Positions 47,782 through 57,189 of a stretch of DNA of 64,000 nucleotides are shown one piece after another; the first letter of the stretch is position 1, and every line of letters begins with the position of its first letter. Position numbers and translations under genes: made by a program. The stretch comes from a virus (lineage: Duplodnaviria > Caudoviricetes). The notes beneath the pieces are model-generated. The model searched no databases and was not told the DNA's origin. It was given only the letters and a program-made list of their open reading frames with translations. Location of the stretch: IMG/VR virus record IMGVR_UViG_3300025418_000839, positions 32,001 through 96,000 of that record; one strand, written 5' to 3'.

Positions 47782-48243
47782 TTAAGCTAATTTGAAGTTG
47801 TTTGATGCGCTAACAGTAATTGCGTTAGCCCAAACGTTACCAGAACTAACAGCAATGTTTGGTCCAAGTGCTTGGATACGTGTCTGTAGTGCAGAAGCAA
47901 CAGAAGTAGCAGTTTGAATAACAGCGCCTTCGCTTGTGCTTGTACCAACAGAACCACCTGCACCAGAAGCTTCTAACAATACGCTCATTTGTGTTGTATC
48001 AACTTGATACATTGTGATTGTACCGTCAAGCTCAATTGCTCTTAACAATGTCTCAACTGCATTACCAGTGTTCATGTCAGCTGCTTGGAATGTCTGTAGT
48101 GCACCTGCTGGTCCAAGAGTTAATTTGATTGCGATTGGAGCTTTTGTTAAACCAGTTGAAATGATTTGACCAACTGAACCAATACCGCTATCTACGTTTA
48201 CTACGCCATTTGCATCACCTGCATAACGTGTCTGAATTGCCAT
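47782..48243 (-). CDS. Abundant virion structural protein (putative)
   Basis: A/G/T-rich, strongly biased codons, own TAAATA promoter, SD and terminator. Confidence 0.55.
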   Translation of the reverse strand: MAIQTRYAGDANGVVNVDSGIGSVGQIISTGLTKAPIAIKLTLGPAGALQTFQAADMNTGNAVETLLRAIELDGTITMYQVDTTQMSVLLEASGAGGSVGTSTSEGAVIQTATSVASALQTRIQALGPNIAVSSGNVWANAITVSASNNFKLA

Positions 48244-48318
48244 TTTTAATTTCCTTTATAAATGTTTACGCTTCTTGCGTATATAATTATTTATGATTAT
48301 TGCAAAAAAACAGTATTT

Positions 48319-49404
48319 TTACTTGGCAAATAACGCAGCACTAAAAGTACCGCGATCTACTAGTTTTACCAGCCCCTGCGGGGTATTAAACACAAAACCT
48401 TCGCCCTGAGGACGGCCGTTTACAAACTGTTGCACACCCTGAACTTGACTTTCTAACTGCTTGGTAAGATTAGCTTTGAGAGCATACATGCTGTTCCATA
48501 TAGTAAACAGGCCGTTGAGACCCTTTTGATTTCTATAGAGATATCCGCCTTGATTGTCGCCTACCAGTAGCTTGTACTGTTTGGCGCTGACATTATTCTG
48601 TAGCCAATCAACTAGTTTTTCGTTAGTTTGACCTGTAATACGATGATTTGTGTATTTTTGTATGGCCTGACGTGCAGGATTATCTAACCCGCTTAAGAAT
48701 TTGTCTGTTATGGCACCGTATTGATTAATAGCTGTGGTTGCGGCTCTTAATAATTGTACTGGTTCGTCTAGGTGAAACTGTATTCCTGATTTAGGTGTTA
48801 GTATTACCACAGGTCCGTCTAACTTTAATCCCTGTCCGTTCCATTGTGCAGGTTTTGAGTTCGCATCAGCATAATATTGATGTACTGCAACTCCGCCTAC
48901 GCTACGAGCAATCTGCTGTCCAAGAGTAGTTTTTGCTGAAACGTGATATTCAACTACGTTAGGTTTAAAAGCATAAACGCCCTTAACTGGTTTTAACTGT
49001 TGCCACCAAAGTAAATCACCCCAAAAGAACCCCGGACTTGAACCTACTGCTTGTTCTAATCCCTGCCAAATATTGTTTAATTTAGCATATAAGTCTGGAC
49101 GTGTTTTACCGGATTTTTTCTTTAAATCGTACTCTTGCCAACGGGCAGGGCTGTCTGCAAAAAAATTGTTGTCAAACATATATTTGTCTTGCACAGTAAA
49201 ACGACCGTTAGGTAATCGACCAAATACCAGTGCAGGAAATCCGTCCCATTTAATTGTGACAGATCCTGGATTTTTAATAACATCCTGTAGTGCTCCTAGC
49301 ATTTGTTTGGCCGCCGCGGCTCCATCAAAGATAGTGTCCTCTGGATGCGGTTGAGCACCAGTACGTTCTTCAACTAGGATTGAGTTAATAAAATCTAATT
49401 TCAT
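48319..49404 (-). CDS. ATP-dependent ligase/capping-superfamily nucleotidyltransferase-like protein (DUF6267-like)
   Basis: HPED, motif I TIKWDG (KxDG), motif IV EGFV, motif V VKLVDR. Confidence 0.6.
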   Translation of the reverse strand: MKLDFINSILVEERTGAQPHPEDTIFDGAAAAKQMLGALQDVIKNPGSVTIKWDGFPALVFGRLPNGRFTVQDKYMFDNNFFADSPARWQEYDLKKKSGKTRPDLYAKLNNIWQGLEQAVGSSPGFFWGDLLWWQQLKPVKGVYAFKPNVVEYHVSAKTTLGQQIARSVGGVAVHQYYADANSKPAQWNGQGLKLDGPVVILTPKSGIQFHLDEPVQLLRAATTAINQYGAITDKFLSGLDNPARQAIQKYTNHRITGQTNEKLVDWLQNNVSAKQYKLLVGDNQGGYLYRNQKGLNGLFTIWNSMYALKANLTKQLESQVQGVQQFVNGRPQGEGFVFNTPQGLVKLVDRGTFSAALFAK

Positions 49405-50366
49405 CTAAATAGTCCTTGAACCATGTCAAGGCCTTGCTGTAGTTTTTTCTTATCTGCCTCAGCTCGTCCTGTAGTGTCTTTTTCAAACTTGCTACTAGCA
49501 ATAGCGGCAGTAATTTTATCAGTGTATATTCTTACTATATTACTTATAAAATTATCGTAGGAATCTACACCATTTAATTCTAAGGTATGACCAATGGCTT
49601 TAACTGCTTGAATAATATCAGCAATTTTAATATCTTCTATATTAGTACCAGATGATTGAGCCAAATCTTTACTTAATTTTGGATTATCAATACCTTGTGT
49701 TTTAAGAACAAACTTAGCAACATCAATGGCCCAAGTTTGGGGATTTTTACTCACTGTTACTAGTTCTGTATTTTTACTTTGTCTAAAACTGACAGGTTTG
49801 CCATCACGTAGTTTGGCCTGCACTCCATTGGTGCTGATGCTTAGATTTAAATATTCAGCAAGACTGGAATAAACAGTTGCACTGATAACACCTTTAACTC
49901 CGTGCTCAGGTGTCAGAGCCGATAACCACTCTCGATTTTCATAGTAGGCCATTACTAGATCAATTTGTACATAACCTGTGCCTACTCGAAAAACAACATT
50001 ACGACCTGACTCTGTAGTAATGCCTGGTGTTGCATCAGCAAACTCTTTTACAGCTGAAGCATACGTGCTGGCATTAGCAGCATCAGTTAGGTCAGGAATA
50101 CGTGGAATAAAAAAATGTAGGTCAATGTCGCCGTACTCTTTGTCGGGATCAGATACTAAATCACGCTTATAATAAAAAGCACTACCAACAGGACCTCCAC
50201 CAACCACTGGTGGTAAATTCTTAGATTTTAAAAACGTATTAAACTGTGCAACAAATTTTGGGAATAGAGATTCTGCTACCAGTTCAACAGTCTTGGGTGT
50301 TATTTTAGTTCCTTGTGTTAGTGTACTAGCATATCCGCCTTCTACTACTATGTCGCGGATTTTCAT
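49401..50366 (-). CDS. Pol-beta superfamily nucleotidyltransferase
   Basis: VGS...YGDIDL and third Asp in VQIDLV. Confidence 0.65.
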   Translation of the reverse strand: MKIRDIVVEGGYASTLTQGTKITPKTVELVAESLFPKFVAQFNTFLKSKNLPPVVGGGPVGSAFYYKRDLVSDPDKEYGDIDLHFFIPRIPDLTDAANASTYASAVKEFADATPGITTESGRNVVFRVGTGYVQIDLVMAYYENREWLSALTPEHGVKGVISATVYSSLAEYLNLSISTNGVQAKLRDGKPVSFRQSKNTELVTVSKNPQTWAIDVAKFVLKTQGIDNPKLSKDLAQSSGTNIEDIKIADIIQAVKAIGHTLELNGVDSYDNFISNIVRIYTDKITAAIASSKFEKDTTGRAEADKKKLQQGLDMVQGLFR

Positions 50367-51130
50367 ACTACATGACCTAACTTACGGAACCAAGCGGCTG
50401 TTCCCGGTGTTGCATCTTCTGGAAGAGTCAGTAACCCCTTGGCTTGGTCTTGTTTAGCCTGTGCCAATTTACCTTCGCGGTCGGGGTCACCTTGTAATGC
50501 ACGTAATACTGAACTTACTGAATTTAAATCACTTGCATGGGCGCCTGGGTTCAAGAGTACTTTTGCTGCTGCTTCACGGGTGTCTGCAATCACTGTGTTG
50601 TCGTCCCGGCGCATAACTGTACCACCAAATGCATCTACTTTAAGACCTAAAAACTTACCAATACTGTTTAATAGAATAAACAACTGACTACCTTTGAATT
50701 GCGGATCATCATACATGCCACGTGGACCATGTTGATGCCAATCTGCTACACGTTTAGCATCAGGTATAACCATTAGGTCAACCTGTGCGTATGCTTGTTT
50801 ACCATCTGCGGTTTTGTAAGGCACGTCAACGTGTACGTTGCGACCTTTTACTGCTACTTGATACCCTTTGGCTTGGAAGTACCGAGCTAGAGCTTGTTTG
50901 GCCTGCTTCTCATCTTCTACACCAAAGTTCTTTACTGTTGCGGCCTGATCTAAAAATAAATCAATGTCGCCAGATTCTACTTTATATCCAGCAGAACCAA
51001 TGTCTGCCATCACTTGACGTTGTAAACCGCTAGGTAGCTCACGCTTGATTGTATCCACTACCGTGGCAACATTATCTCGTGCCACTGCACTAGTATTGTC
51101 AAATACATTGCCGCCTTCATATAGATACAT
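50363..51130 (-). CDS. Pol-beta superfamily nucleotidyltransferase
   Basis: IGSAGYKVESGDIDL and AQVDLM. Confidence 0.7.
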   Translation of the reverse strand: MYLYEGGNVFDNTSAVARDNVATVVDTIKRELPSGLQRQVMADIGSAGYKVESGDIDLFLDQAATVKNFGVEDEKQAKQALARYFQAKGYQVAVKGRNVHVDVPYKTADGKQAYAQVDLMVIPDAKRVADWHQHGPRGMYDDPQFKGSQLFILLNSIGKFLGLKVDAFGGTVMRRDDNTVIADTREAAAKVLLNPGAHASDLNSVSSVLRALQGDPDREGKLAQAKQDQAKGLLTLPEDATPGTAAWFRKLGHVV

Positions 51131-51537
51131 TATGTTTGCTCTAATGCTTGATTTAGTAACGCTGATAAAGTATCAGGCGCCGGACGTTTATTGGAAGTTA
51201 GCCATCGACCAAGATTGTCTAATATATAATATTTCTTTTGGTAGTATGCAAAAGTGGGGTCTTTTTGTGTTGCTGGTTTAATGCTGATACCTAACGAAGT
51301 GTCTTTCCAATCTGGTCCCAGACGACTGACTGTACCACCGGCTGTTGTTTGACCTTGTGGTGTTTGCTGCTGTGCCTGATGTGCTTGATGTTGTTCTTGA
51401 TCTTGTTTTTCTTTAGCACGCTGAGCTGCATGCCATTGTTTGGCGCCACCTTTGGCCCAATTGGCCTGAGTTTTTGCTTGGCTCCAATTGCTAAAAAAAT
51501 CAGATAGACTTTCTTGAATTACTTCATTAATTTTCAC
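51130..51537 (-). CDS. Putative internal head protein (MKINEVIQE)
   Basis: Probable GTG start at 51537 with AGGAG 8 nt upstream. Confidence 0.55.
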   Translation of the reverse strand: MKINEVIQESLSDFFSNWSQAKTQANWAKGGAKQWHAAQRAKEKQDQEQHQAHQAQQQTPQGQTTAGGTVSRLGPDWKDTSLGISIKPATQKDPTFAYYQKKYYILDNLGRWLTSNKRPAPDTLSALLNQALEQT

Positions 51538-51775
51538 CGCGAATTCTCCTGACACCACGCTTAAATTTTTCTGGATCTTGTCCGCGGATTGAGTTAAGTA
51601 GTCTGCGTTCTAATTCGTCGGCTTGTGCAGGATCGTAGTTTTCACGTATATAATTGATTAGATTGATAGCACCCTGTATAACATGGGTGGCACGGCTTTC
51701 CACAAGATTCTCACGATCTTTGTGTACTAGCAACGTGTCTAGTTCGTCTAATATGCTACGTGCTCGCTTTTGCAA
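51527..51775 (-). CDS. Conserved hypothetical protein
   Basis: 82 aa, TTG start with GGAG SD, TAAATA promoter. Confidence 0.65.
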   Translation of the reverse strand: MQKRARSILDELDTLLVHKDRENLVESRATHVIQGAINLINYIRENYDPAQADELERRLLNSIRGQDPEKFKRGVRRIRGEN

Positions 51776-51809
51776 GATATACTCCAGTTTATGTTATATT
51801 TATATGGAT

Positions 51810-53243
51810 TTAATCTGATTTGGATTTTAGACCCGCTAGCATTTGTTTAAGTTTAGTGCTTTCAACACTACTATTTGGTGGCGGGGCTGTATCTGCCCCT
51901 AGATTCCATCCGTCTTTTGGCTGTGGCAACGCATTATTTACTGTAGTTGTAGTTTTAATTTGATTCAAAATACTTGAGGCAGGCTTACCATAACCTCCAC
52001 TACTTTCTTGTGCATCAGGTCCCGGATCAGTAATACGCATAGTTTCAATGTTGTACTCTAAGTCAATCTTTTGTCCCACACCAGTTGAGCTACGTGACTT
52101 CATACACTGGATTTGATAGCGTCCACGTTCTTTCATAGCACGACTTGTAAAGATACCAAACACGTTATCTGCTGTATTAATCTTTGAAATACCACCTGCA
52201 ATATGACTATGGTCAAATTCAATTTCTTCAACTGCCGAACGATTTAACTGACTAGCTGTTACTAACAGCACACCTAGCTCTTGCGATAAGTTACGCAATT
52301 CTTCTGCTACATACTTGTCTTTGATAAACTGATCATTGGGATTGACTTTAACTGATACTGGCATTACTAAGTCTAAATAATCGCACATGATAAAGTCTAC
52401 TTTGTTGCCTGTTTGAATTTGATACTCTTTAATAAAGCTACGAATATCATTTACATTACTCTGTGCTGGCAATGCTTTAATACGATACTTGCCAGACTTC
52501 TTACCCACCATTTTAACTTTAAGTTCTGTAGTGTCAATATCCTTTCGAATATCTTTTGTACCCATGCTGGTTAACATAGCATCTGTACGCAATGCTACTA
52601 GTTCTTCACTGAGTTCTAAACTAATGTAAACACCGCTTAGTCCTGCTTGCAACCAACTTAATGCTATGTTCATCATAACAAGTGATTTACCCGAACCCGA
52701 GCCACCAGCAAAGATATTAAGTTCGCCACGACTAAATCCGCCGTACAAGATCTTGTCCATTTGCGGCCAACCTGTGCTTACTTGTCCGCCAGAGTTAAAG
52801 TATTTGTCAATACGTGCATGCGGGTCAGCAAAGTAATCTGTGCCTAGATCTTTAGTTAAACTAATTTGTACTGCATCTTTAATAAGTTTTTCTACAGGAT
52901 CGTAGTCACCTTCTTCCAATAAGTCTGCGGCTTTAAGAATAGCACGTGATAGTTCTTCTTTGCGTGAGAACCCCTCAAACTCTTTCATAAACCATTCCTG
53001 ATGTCCTTCTACTGTATCAGGAATTGGTCTAAGTTCTACCCCAGTTACAGCCTTAATCTGTTCCACAGTAGGAAGTGTTTTATATTCAGCTGAGTGGCTA
53101 GCAATAAACTTAGCTGCTTCTCTAAGACTGCGATCAAAGTTTTCCGGATTGTAAATATTTTGTACACGCACAAAACTCTGTGCGTCTTGTATCATCATTT
53201 CTAAAAATAATTTTTGTAATTCTGGTGTATAGTCTGTGGTCAT
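51810..53243 (-). CDS. Replicative DnaB-like (T4 gp41-type) helicase
   Basis: Walker A GGSGSGKS, SLELSE, DYLDL, TASQLNR, KSR. Confidence 0.92.
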   Translation of the reverse strand: MTTDYTPELQKLFLEMMIQDAQSFVRVQNIYNPENFDRSLREAAKFIASHSAEYKTLPTVEQIKAVTGVELRPIPDTVEGHQEWFMKEFEGFSRKEELSRAILKAADLLEEGDYDPVEKLIKDAVQISLTKDLGTDYFADPHARIDKYFNSGGQVSTGWPQMDKILYGGFSRGELNIFAGGSGSGKSLVMMNIALSWLQAGLSGVYISLELSEELVALRTDAMLTSMGTKDIRKDIDTTELKVKMVGKKSGKYRIKALPAQSNVNDIRSFIKEYQIQTGNKVDFIMCDYLDLVMPVSVKVNPNDQFIKDKYVAEELRNLSQELGVLLVTASQLNRSAVEEIEFDHSHIAGGISKINTADNVFGIFTSRAMKERGRYQIQCMKSRSSTGVGQKIDLEYNIETMRITDPGPDAQESSGGYGKPASSILNQIKTTTTVNNALPQPKDGWNLGADTAPPPNSSVESTKLKQMLAGLKSKSD

Positions 53244-53950
53244 AGTTTATATTTTTCGCATATTAATTTAAATACATCATCATGTTTGGTTATTGCTGGC
53301 ATACATTTAATTTCTTTAACATCAAAGGATTTATATTTATTATTGTATAGAGAGCAAAAAGGAGAAATTGTTTTTTCTAATATTACGTCTAAAAATTCTG
53401 TTGCATCGTGTGAATTATGGTGCCACCAACTAGTTTGTTCACTAATCATAAAAGGAACAAACCCAGTATTCATAGTAATTAACTTGTTAATAGATTGATC
53501 AACACCAAGACATTTATAGTCATCTATCATTAATATACCAGTTTGATTCATTAACAGTATAGATTTCATTATATCATTGAATGCATTTGGGTAATTATGA
53601 TTGCCATCTACATTTATAAAATCGTATTTTTCTGCGCTATTAAAATCTTCACTTGGTATTTCTATTAGGTTAATTATTTTATCTTGTGTGTATTTGCTAT
53701 CTTTGTAATACTTGTTAAAAACGGTTAGTTGCAAATCAGAATCAATAGCAGTTAATTGACTACCTGGTAATGTTGCTTCAACGAATGCTGCAAATGTTTT
53801 GCCTTGGTAAAAACCAATTTCAAGTATGTTTGATGATTTGAAATGGTGTACAAGATAAAATGTTAGTAATAGGTCGATATTAATTCTCATACGAAGATCG
53901 TATTCATCTATTATTGTTATTAGTTGAGATTTATAAAATCGATGATTCAT
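53240..53950 (-). CDS. Class I SAM methyltransferase (Methyltransf_24-like)
   Basis: ILEIGFYQG, DFINVDGNH, GILMIDD; very AT-rich. Confidence 0.8.
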   Translation of the reverse strand: MNHRFYKSQLITIIDEYDLRMRINIDLLLTFYLVHHFKSSNILEIGFYQGKTFAAFVEATLPGSQLTAIDSDLQLTVFNKYYKDSKYTQDKIINLIEIPSEDFNSAEKYDFINVDGNHNYPNAFNDIMKSILLMNQTGILMIDDYKCLGVDQSINKLITMNTGFVPFMISEQTSWWHHNSHDATEFLDVILEKTISPFCSLYNNKYKSFDVKEIKCMPAITKHDDVFKLICEKYKL

Positions 53951-53952
53951 TG

Positions 53953-54990
53953 TTAATTGTATATTTTCTTTTTACGTAATTCAATTTTTAATCTATTAGA
54001 TTGTTTTGCTTCTAATATGCTCTTAATAACAAATAGTTTACCATACGCTTCTACTGCACTTGATACGTCTTTATGAGATTCCTGCCAAACAGGGAAGCTA
54101 ACACTCCAACCGTATTCAATTGCCTTGTCTACCAAATTTGCGCCGGCCTTATCTGCATCAGGCACTACAATAACTTCACGACCTAGGCTATCAATGATGT
54201 CTGCTTGTATTTCACTGCATTCATTGCCCAGGATAGCAACACCATCTATGGCCATGGCATCAAACGGTCCTTCACATACAATAACAAACTTGGCATCTGG
54301 GTGTTGCTGATCAGTATTAAACACATAACCAGGTTCGTGACTGTTATAATATTTAGGTTTGATTCCTTCATACAGGGCGCGAGCAGTATAACCTATGACC
54401 TGATTGCGCCAAGTAAAAGGAATGATCACTCGACGATGTAAGTTGTTTTGTGTTTCCGGCGTCCAATAAAAATTATAACGATTTAAATCAATACGTCTAG
54501 CGGCTGTATATATAACTGCATCATGGAACTCTTGATGCACATCAGAATCTTTTAGGGTATACCAAGATTCCCAACCAACGAATGTTTGTGCTTCTTGGGG
54601 TAAGGGTCTGGCCTTAAAGTTAATAGGCTCAGCTTCTTCTACTTCTACTAATGTTTCGGGCGCTACTAATTCACGGATACGAATAGCATCGATAACTAAT
54701 CGCTTGATGGTGTTTTCGTCGGCACCCAACCAGGACAACAATTTACGGAACTTGTAGGTCAAGTGACGACCTGGTGTGTACGAAGCACGAAAATTACAGT
54801 TAAAACAGGAATATGATATTGCTGAGTCTTTGTTTACAATAAATCCGCCGCGACCACGAGTATCTGCGGATTCGCCATTGTGAGGACAACAGACGGCATT
54901 GCCCGAAATCCATCCCGAACTTGAATTAGTCTTTGTTTTCCTGCCTGACTTCCAAAGATTGATTGTAGCGTCAGCTATTTGATTGATCAA
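53953..54990 (-). CDS. DNA primase (T4 gp61/DnaG-like)
   Basis: Zn ribbon CCPH..CFNC; GYTAR; TOPRIM EGPFDA and DADKAG; TTG start inside the endonuclease 3' end. Confidence 0.9.
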   Translation of the reverse strand: MINQIADATINLWKSGRKTKTNSSSGWISGNAVCCPHNGESADTRGRGGFIVNKDSAISYSCFNCNFRASYTPGRHLTYKFRKLLSWLGADENTIKRLVIDAIRIRELVAPETLVEVEEAEPINFKARPLPQEAQTFVGWESWYTLKDSDVHQEFHDAVIYTAARRIDLNRYNFYWTPETQNNLHRRVIIPFTWRNQVIGYTARALYEGIKPKYYNSHEPGYVFNTDQQHPDAKFVIVCEGPFDAMAIDGVAILGNECSEIQADIIDSLGREVIVVPDADKAGANLVDKAIEYGWSVSFPVWQESHKDVSSAVEAYGKLFVIKSILEAKQSNRLKIELRKKKIYN

Positions 54991-55639
54991 GTCTTGTTAC
55001 TTTCCAGTTGTTGTTATCTTTTCTTTTACGCACCACAGTTGTGTTATTATAACACTTTCTATAGGCTCCGAACAACCTCCAGTAATCCACTCCAATTTCT
55101 TTTTTATGTTTTTCAACAAAGCCTTTTAATCCAATTTTAGTTTCCCAAACTCTGCCATCTGGTGCTTCAATTCGGTATGACCCATTATGCGAATCACTTT
55201 TTCTTTTTTTAGTTTTGTCCGATTCGGGGTTTTTTTCAAATCGTTTTAGTTGGCCTTTACTACAATTATGTGCTCGCTCTTTTTTCTTTTCTTCTGTCAT
55301 ATTAGCGTGGTGTTTTGTAGCATTTTGGCGGGCACATTCAGAGTCTACACCTTCCCCACCGGGGGTCATATTATACCCCTCAACTAAAGTATTATATTTT
55401 GCTATCCAAAATATTTCTCTTTCGTTTAGTTGTTCTAATGTCCAATCTTGATTTTGTTCAATAATTTCAAACTTCATATTATCCCAGCCGTACTTTTTAA
55501 TAGCATTTGCTATTAATCGATTAGATTTAATATATTTTTCTAACTTGATATATGATTTAATTTTCCTATCTACAGGAACTTTTGATTGGCCAACATATTG
55601 TTTACCAGATGGGGAAGTAATAAGGTATATGTATTTCAT
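54971..55639 (-). mobile_element. Free-standing GIY-YIG homing endonuclease
   Basis: YIYLIT..KQYVGQ, AIKKYG, EIFWI, GYNMTPGGEG. Confidence 0.85.
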
Positions 55640-55676
55640 ACATATATTTATCCAACTTACAGTTAAAGCAAACTGT

Positions 55677-55700
55677 TTAGTCGCGAATAGAGTTCAACAT
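55677..55700 (-). pseudogene. Orphaned original primase N-terminus (MLNSIRD*)
   Basis: atgttgaactctattcgcgactaa mirrors the primase start (M/L)INQIAD. Confidence 0.5.
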
Positions 55701-55707
55701 TCTCGCT

Positions 55708-55736
55708 AGTATAGCAGAATTTTTGGATTAAATCAA
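55708..55736 (-). promoter_or_regulatory. Sigma70 promoter TTGATT-17-TATACT
   Basis: ttgatttaatccaaaaattctgctatact, 7 nt upstream of ATG 55700. Confidence 0.7.
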
Positions 55737-55740
55737 TGTA

Positions 55741-56469
55741 TTAAATACCAAATCGGCTACGTTGTGCTGTAAAGTTTTGATTAATTTGTGGGTTTGTTAA
55801 TGCTGAGTTGTAGATTCTAACTACACTTAATCTGCCTCCCCAATAATCGCCAAGATCCCAACGGCGCATCAACACTATGCCAGATTGTGACGTAGTAGAT
55901 GTGCCTGTGTAGGCTTGAGAGCTTACCTGTGTATTATTTACGAAAAGTTTAATAGTTGTACCATCATAAGTTCCCACAATGTGATACCACCCAATTGAAG
56001 GCAATGTATAAGTGCTAGAAGTGGCGTGCCACGTACCATCCCAGAATCCATTTTGCAAATTACTAGAACCGCTGGTGGTATCACTACCTAAACTAAAGTT
56101 GATCTTGCTAGTAACACCGGGGTATTGTTCTGTAATAATACAAGGATCTGCACCTGTGTTAGTGCCTGTGTAGTAGTGCCATACCTCTACAGTCCAATTT
56201 GATAATGATGATAAACTTGTAGAGCTATAAGCATACTGACTACTACTTGGTACAAAGTTTAAGTAGCCGCCATTGGCACTACTATATGTAGGCGATCCAG
56301 AAAGAGTAAATGCTTTACTGCCAATTAAGTCAGTCCAGGTTGAACCAGTGCCAGGGTAACTAGAGGTATTACCAGCGTCTAAGTGCAGTTGTAGACCAGC
56401 AGTAACGTAACTTAGTTCTGATGCTAAGGTTATACCACCACCAATATTAATTCCGCCACCTATGTTCAT
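55741..56469 (-). CDS. LamG/concanavalin A-like virion protein
   Basis: GLQLHLDAG..SYPGTGSTWTDL, WYHIVGTYDG, RIYNSALT. Confidence 0.85.
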   Translation of the reverse strand: MNIGGGINIGGGITLASELSYVTAGLQLHLDAGNTSSYPGTGSTWTDLIGSKAFTLSGSPTYSSANGGYLNFVPSSSQYAYSSTSLSSLSNWTVEVWHYYTGTNTGADPCIITEQYPGVTSKINFSLGSDTTSGSSNLQNGFWDGTWHATSSTYTLPSIGWYHIVGTYDGTTIKLFVNNTQVSSQAYTGTSTTSQSGIVLMRRWDLGDYWGGRLSVVRIYNSALTNPQINQNFTAQRSRFGI

Positions 56470-57188
56470 ACGCCGTACCTCAATCTAACAGCCGAATGGT
56501 TCTGTGACATTTCGGCGGCAGATAATGCTCGACTGTATATTGCCGTTACTGCAATATCTCCGTACCAATAATTATCACTGTAAGCAACTACTTCGCCACC
56601 GTTGCTGGACCATTGTGCTAGTGTTTGTCCTGTGGCAGAATATACAGACTGTCCGTTAAAATAACCTGTCATATTTCCGCTGGCGTCCTGAGTAACTCCT
56701 ACAGTAAACCATTGCCCAGTTGTTAACGATAGAGGATTTGATAAAATAGCACCACTGCCAAAACTACCGTGTAGTTCGTAAGTGCCCGAGCTTGGCGAAT
56801 ATATGTATGTGTTAAAGTTTCTACTGCCGCTAGCAGATCCAAACAAACAGCGATAGAGACCGCTACCAAAACTGGCGTTCATTCTTGCGGCAAAAAATGT
56901 AGTCTTACCTGTGTAAGTGGTGTTATACTTTCCAGTTGGTGTACTAGCATATTGTGTGCCGGCGCCGTTAAACGAAAAATAGCTAGCAGTACCTGCACTG
57001 GTAAAAGGCGGACTACCAGTGATTGTGGCATTATTGGTGTTTGAGCTCAGATCTGTCCAAGTTGTACCTGAACCCGAATAACTACGAGTTTGGCCAGCAT
57101 CAAGATACAACATTGTACCTGCTGTAACAAATGGTAATTGATCCTGTACAAAACCAACATTGTAAAGTGTAGCACCTCGAATGATCAT
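56466..57188 (-). CDS. LamG/concanavalin A-like virion protein
   Basis: LYLDAG..SYSGSGTTWTDLS, IYSRALS; paralog of its neighbour. Confidence 0.85.
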   Translation of the reverse strand: MIIRGATLYNVGFVQDQLPFVTAGTMLYLDAGQTRSYSGSGTTWTDLSSNTNNATITGSPPFTSAGTASYFSFNGAGTQYASTPTGKYNTTYTGKTTFFAARMNASFGSGLYRCLFGSASGSRNFNTYIYSPSSGTYELHGSFGSGAILSNPLSLTTGQWFTVGVTQDASGNMTGYFNGQSVYSATGQTLAQWSSNGGEVVAYSDNYWYGDIAVTAIYSRALSAAEMSQNHSAVRLRYGV

Positions 57189-57189
57189 A

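Noticed and set aside
37777-53243. Inteins in nrdA, nrdB or the helicase; stop-codon reassignment
   Set aside because: Protein lengths are normal with no intein motifs, and genes are intact under the standard code
54971-55676. Group I intron in the primase gene
   Set aside because: An in-frame U/G junction can be drawn, but only ~40 nt of non-coding sequence flank the endonuclease, too little for an evident ribozyme core
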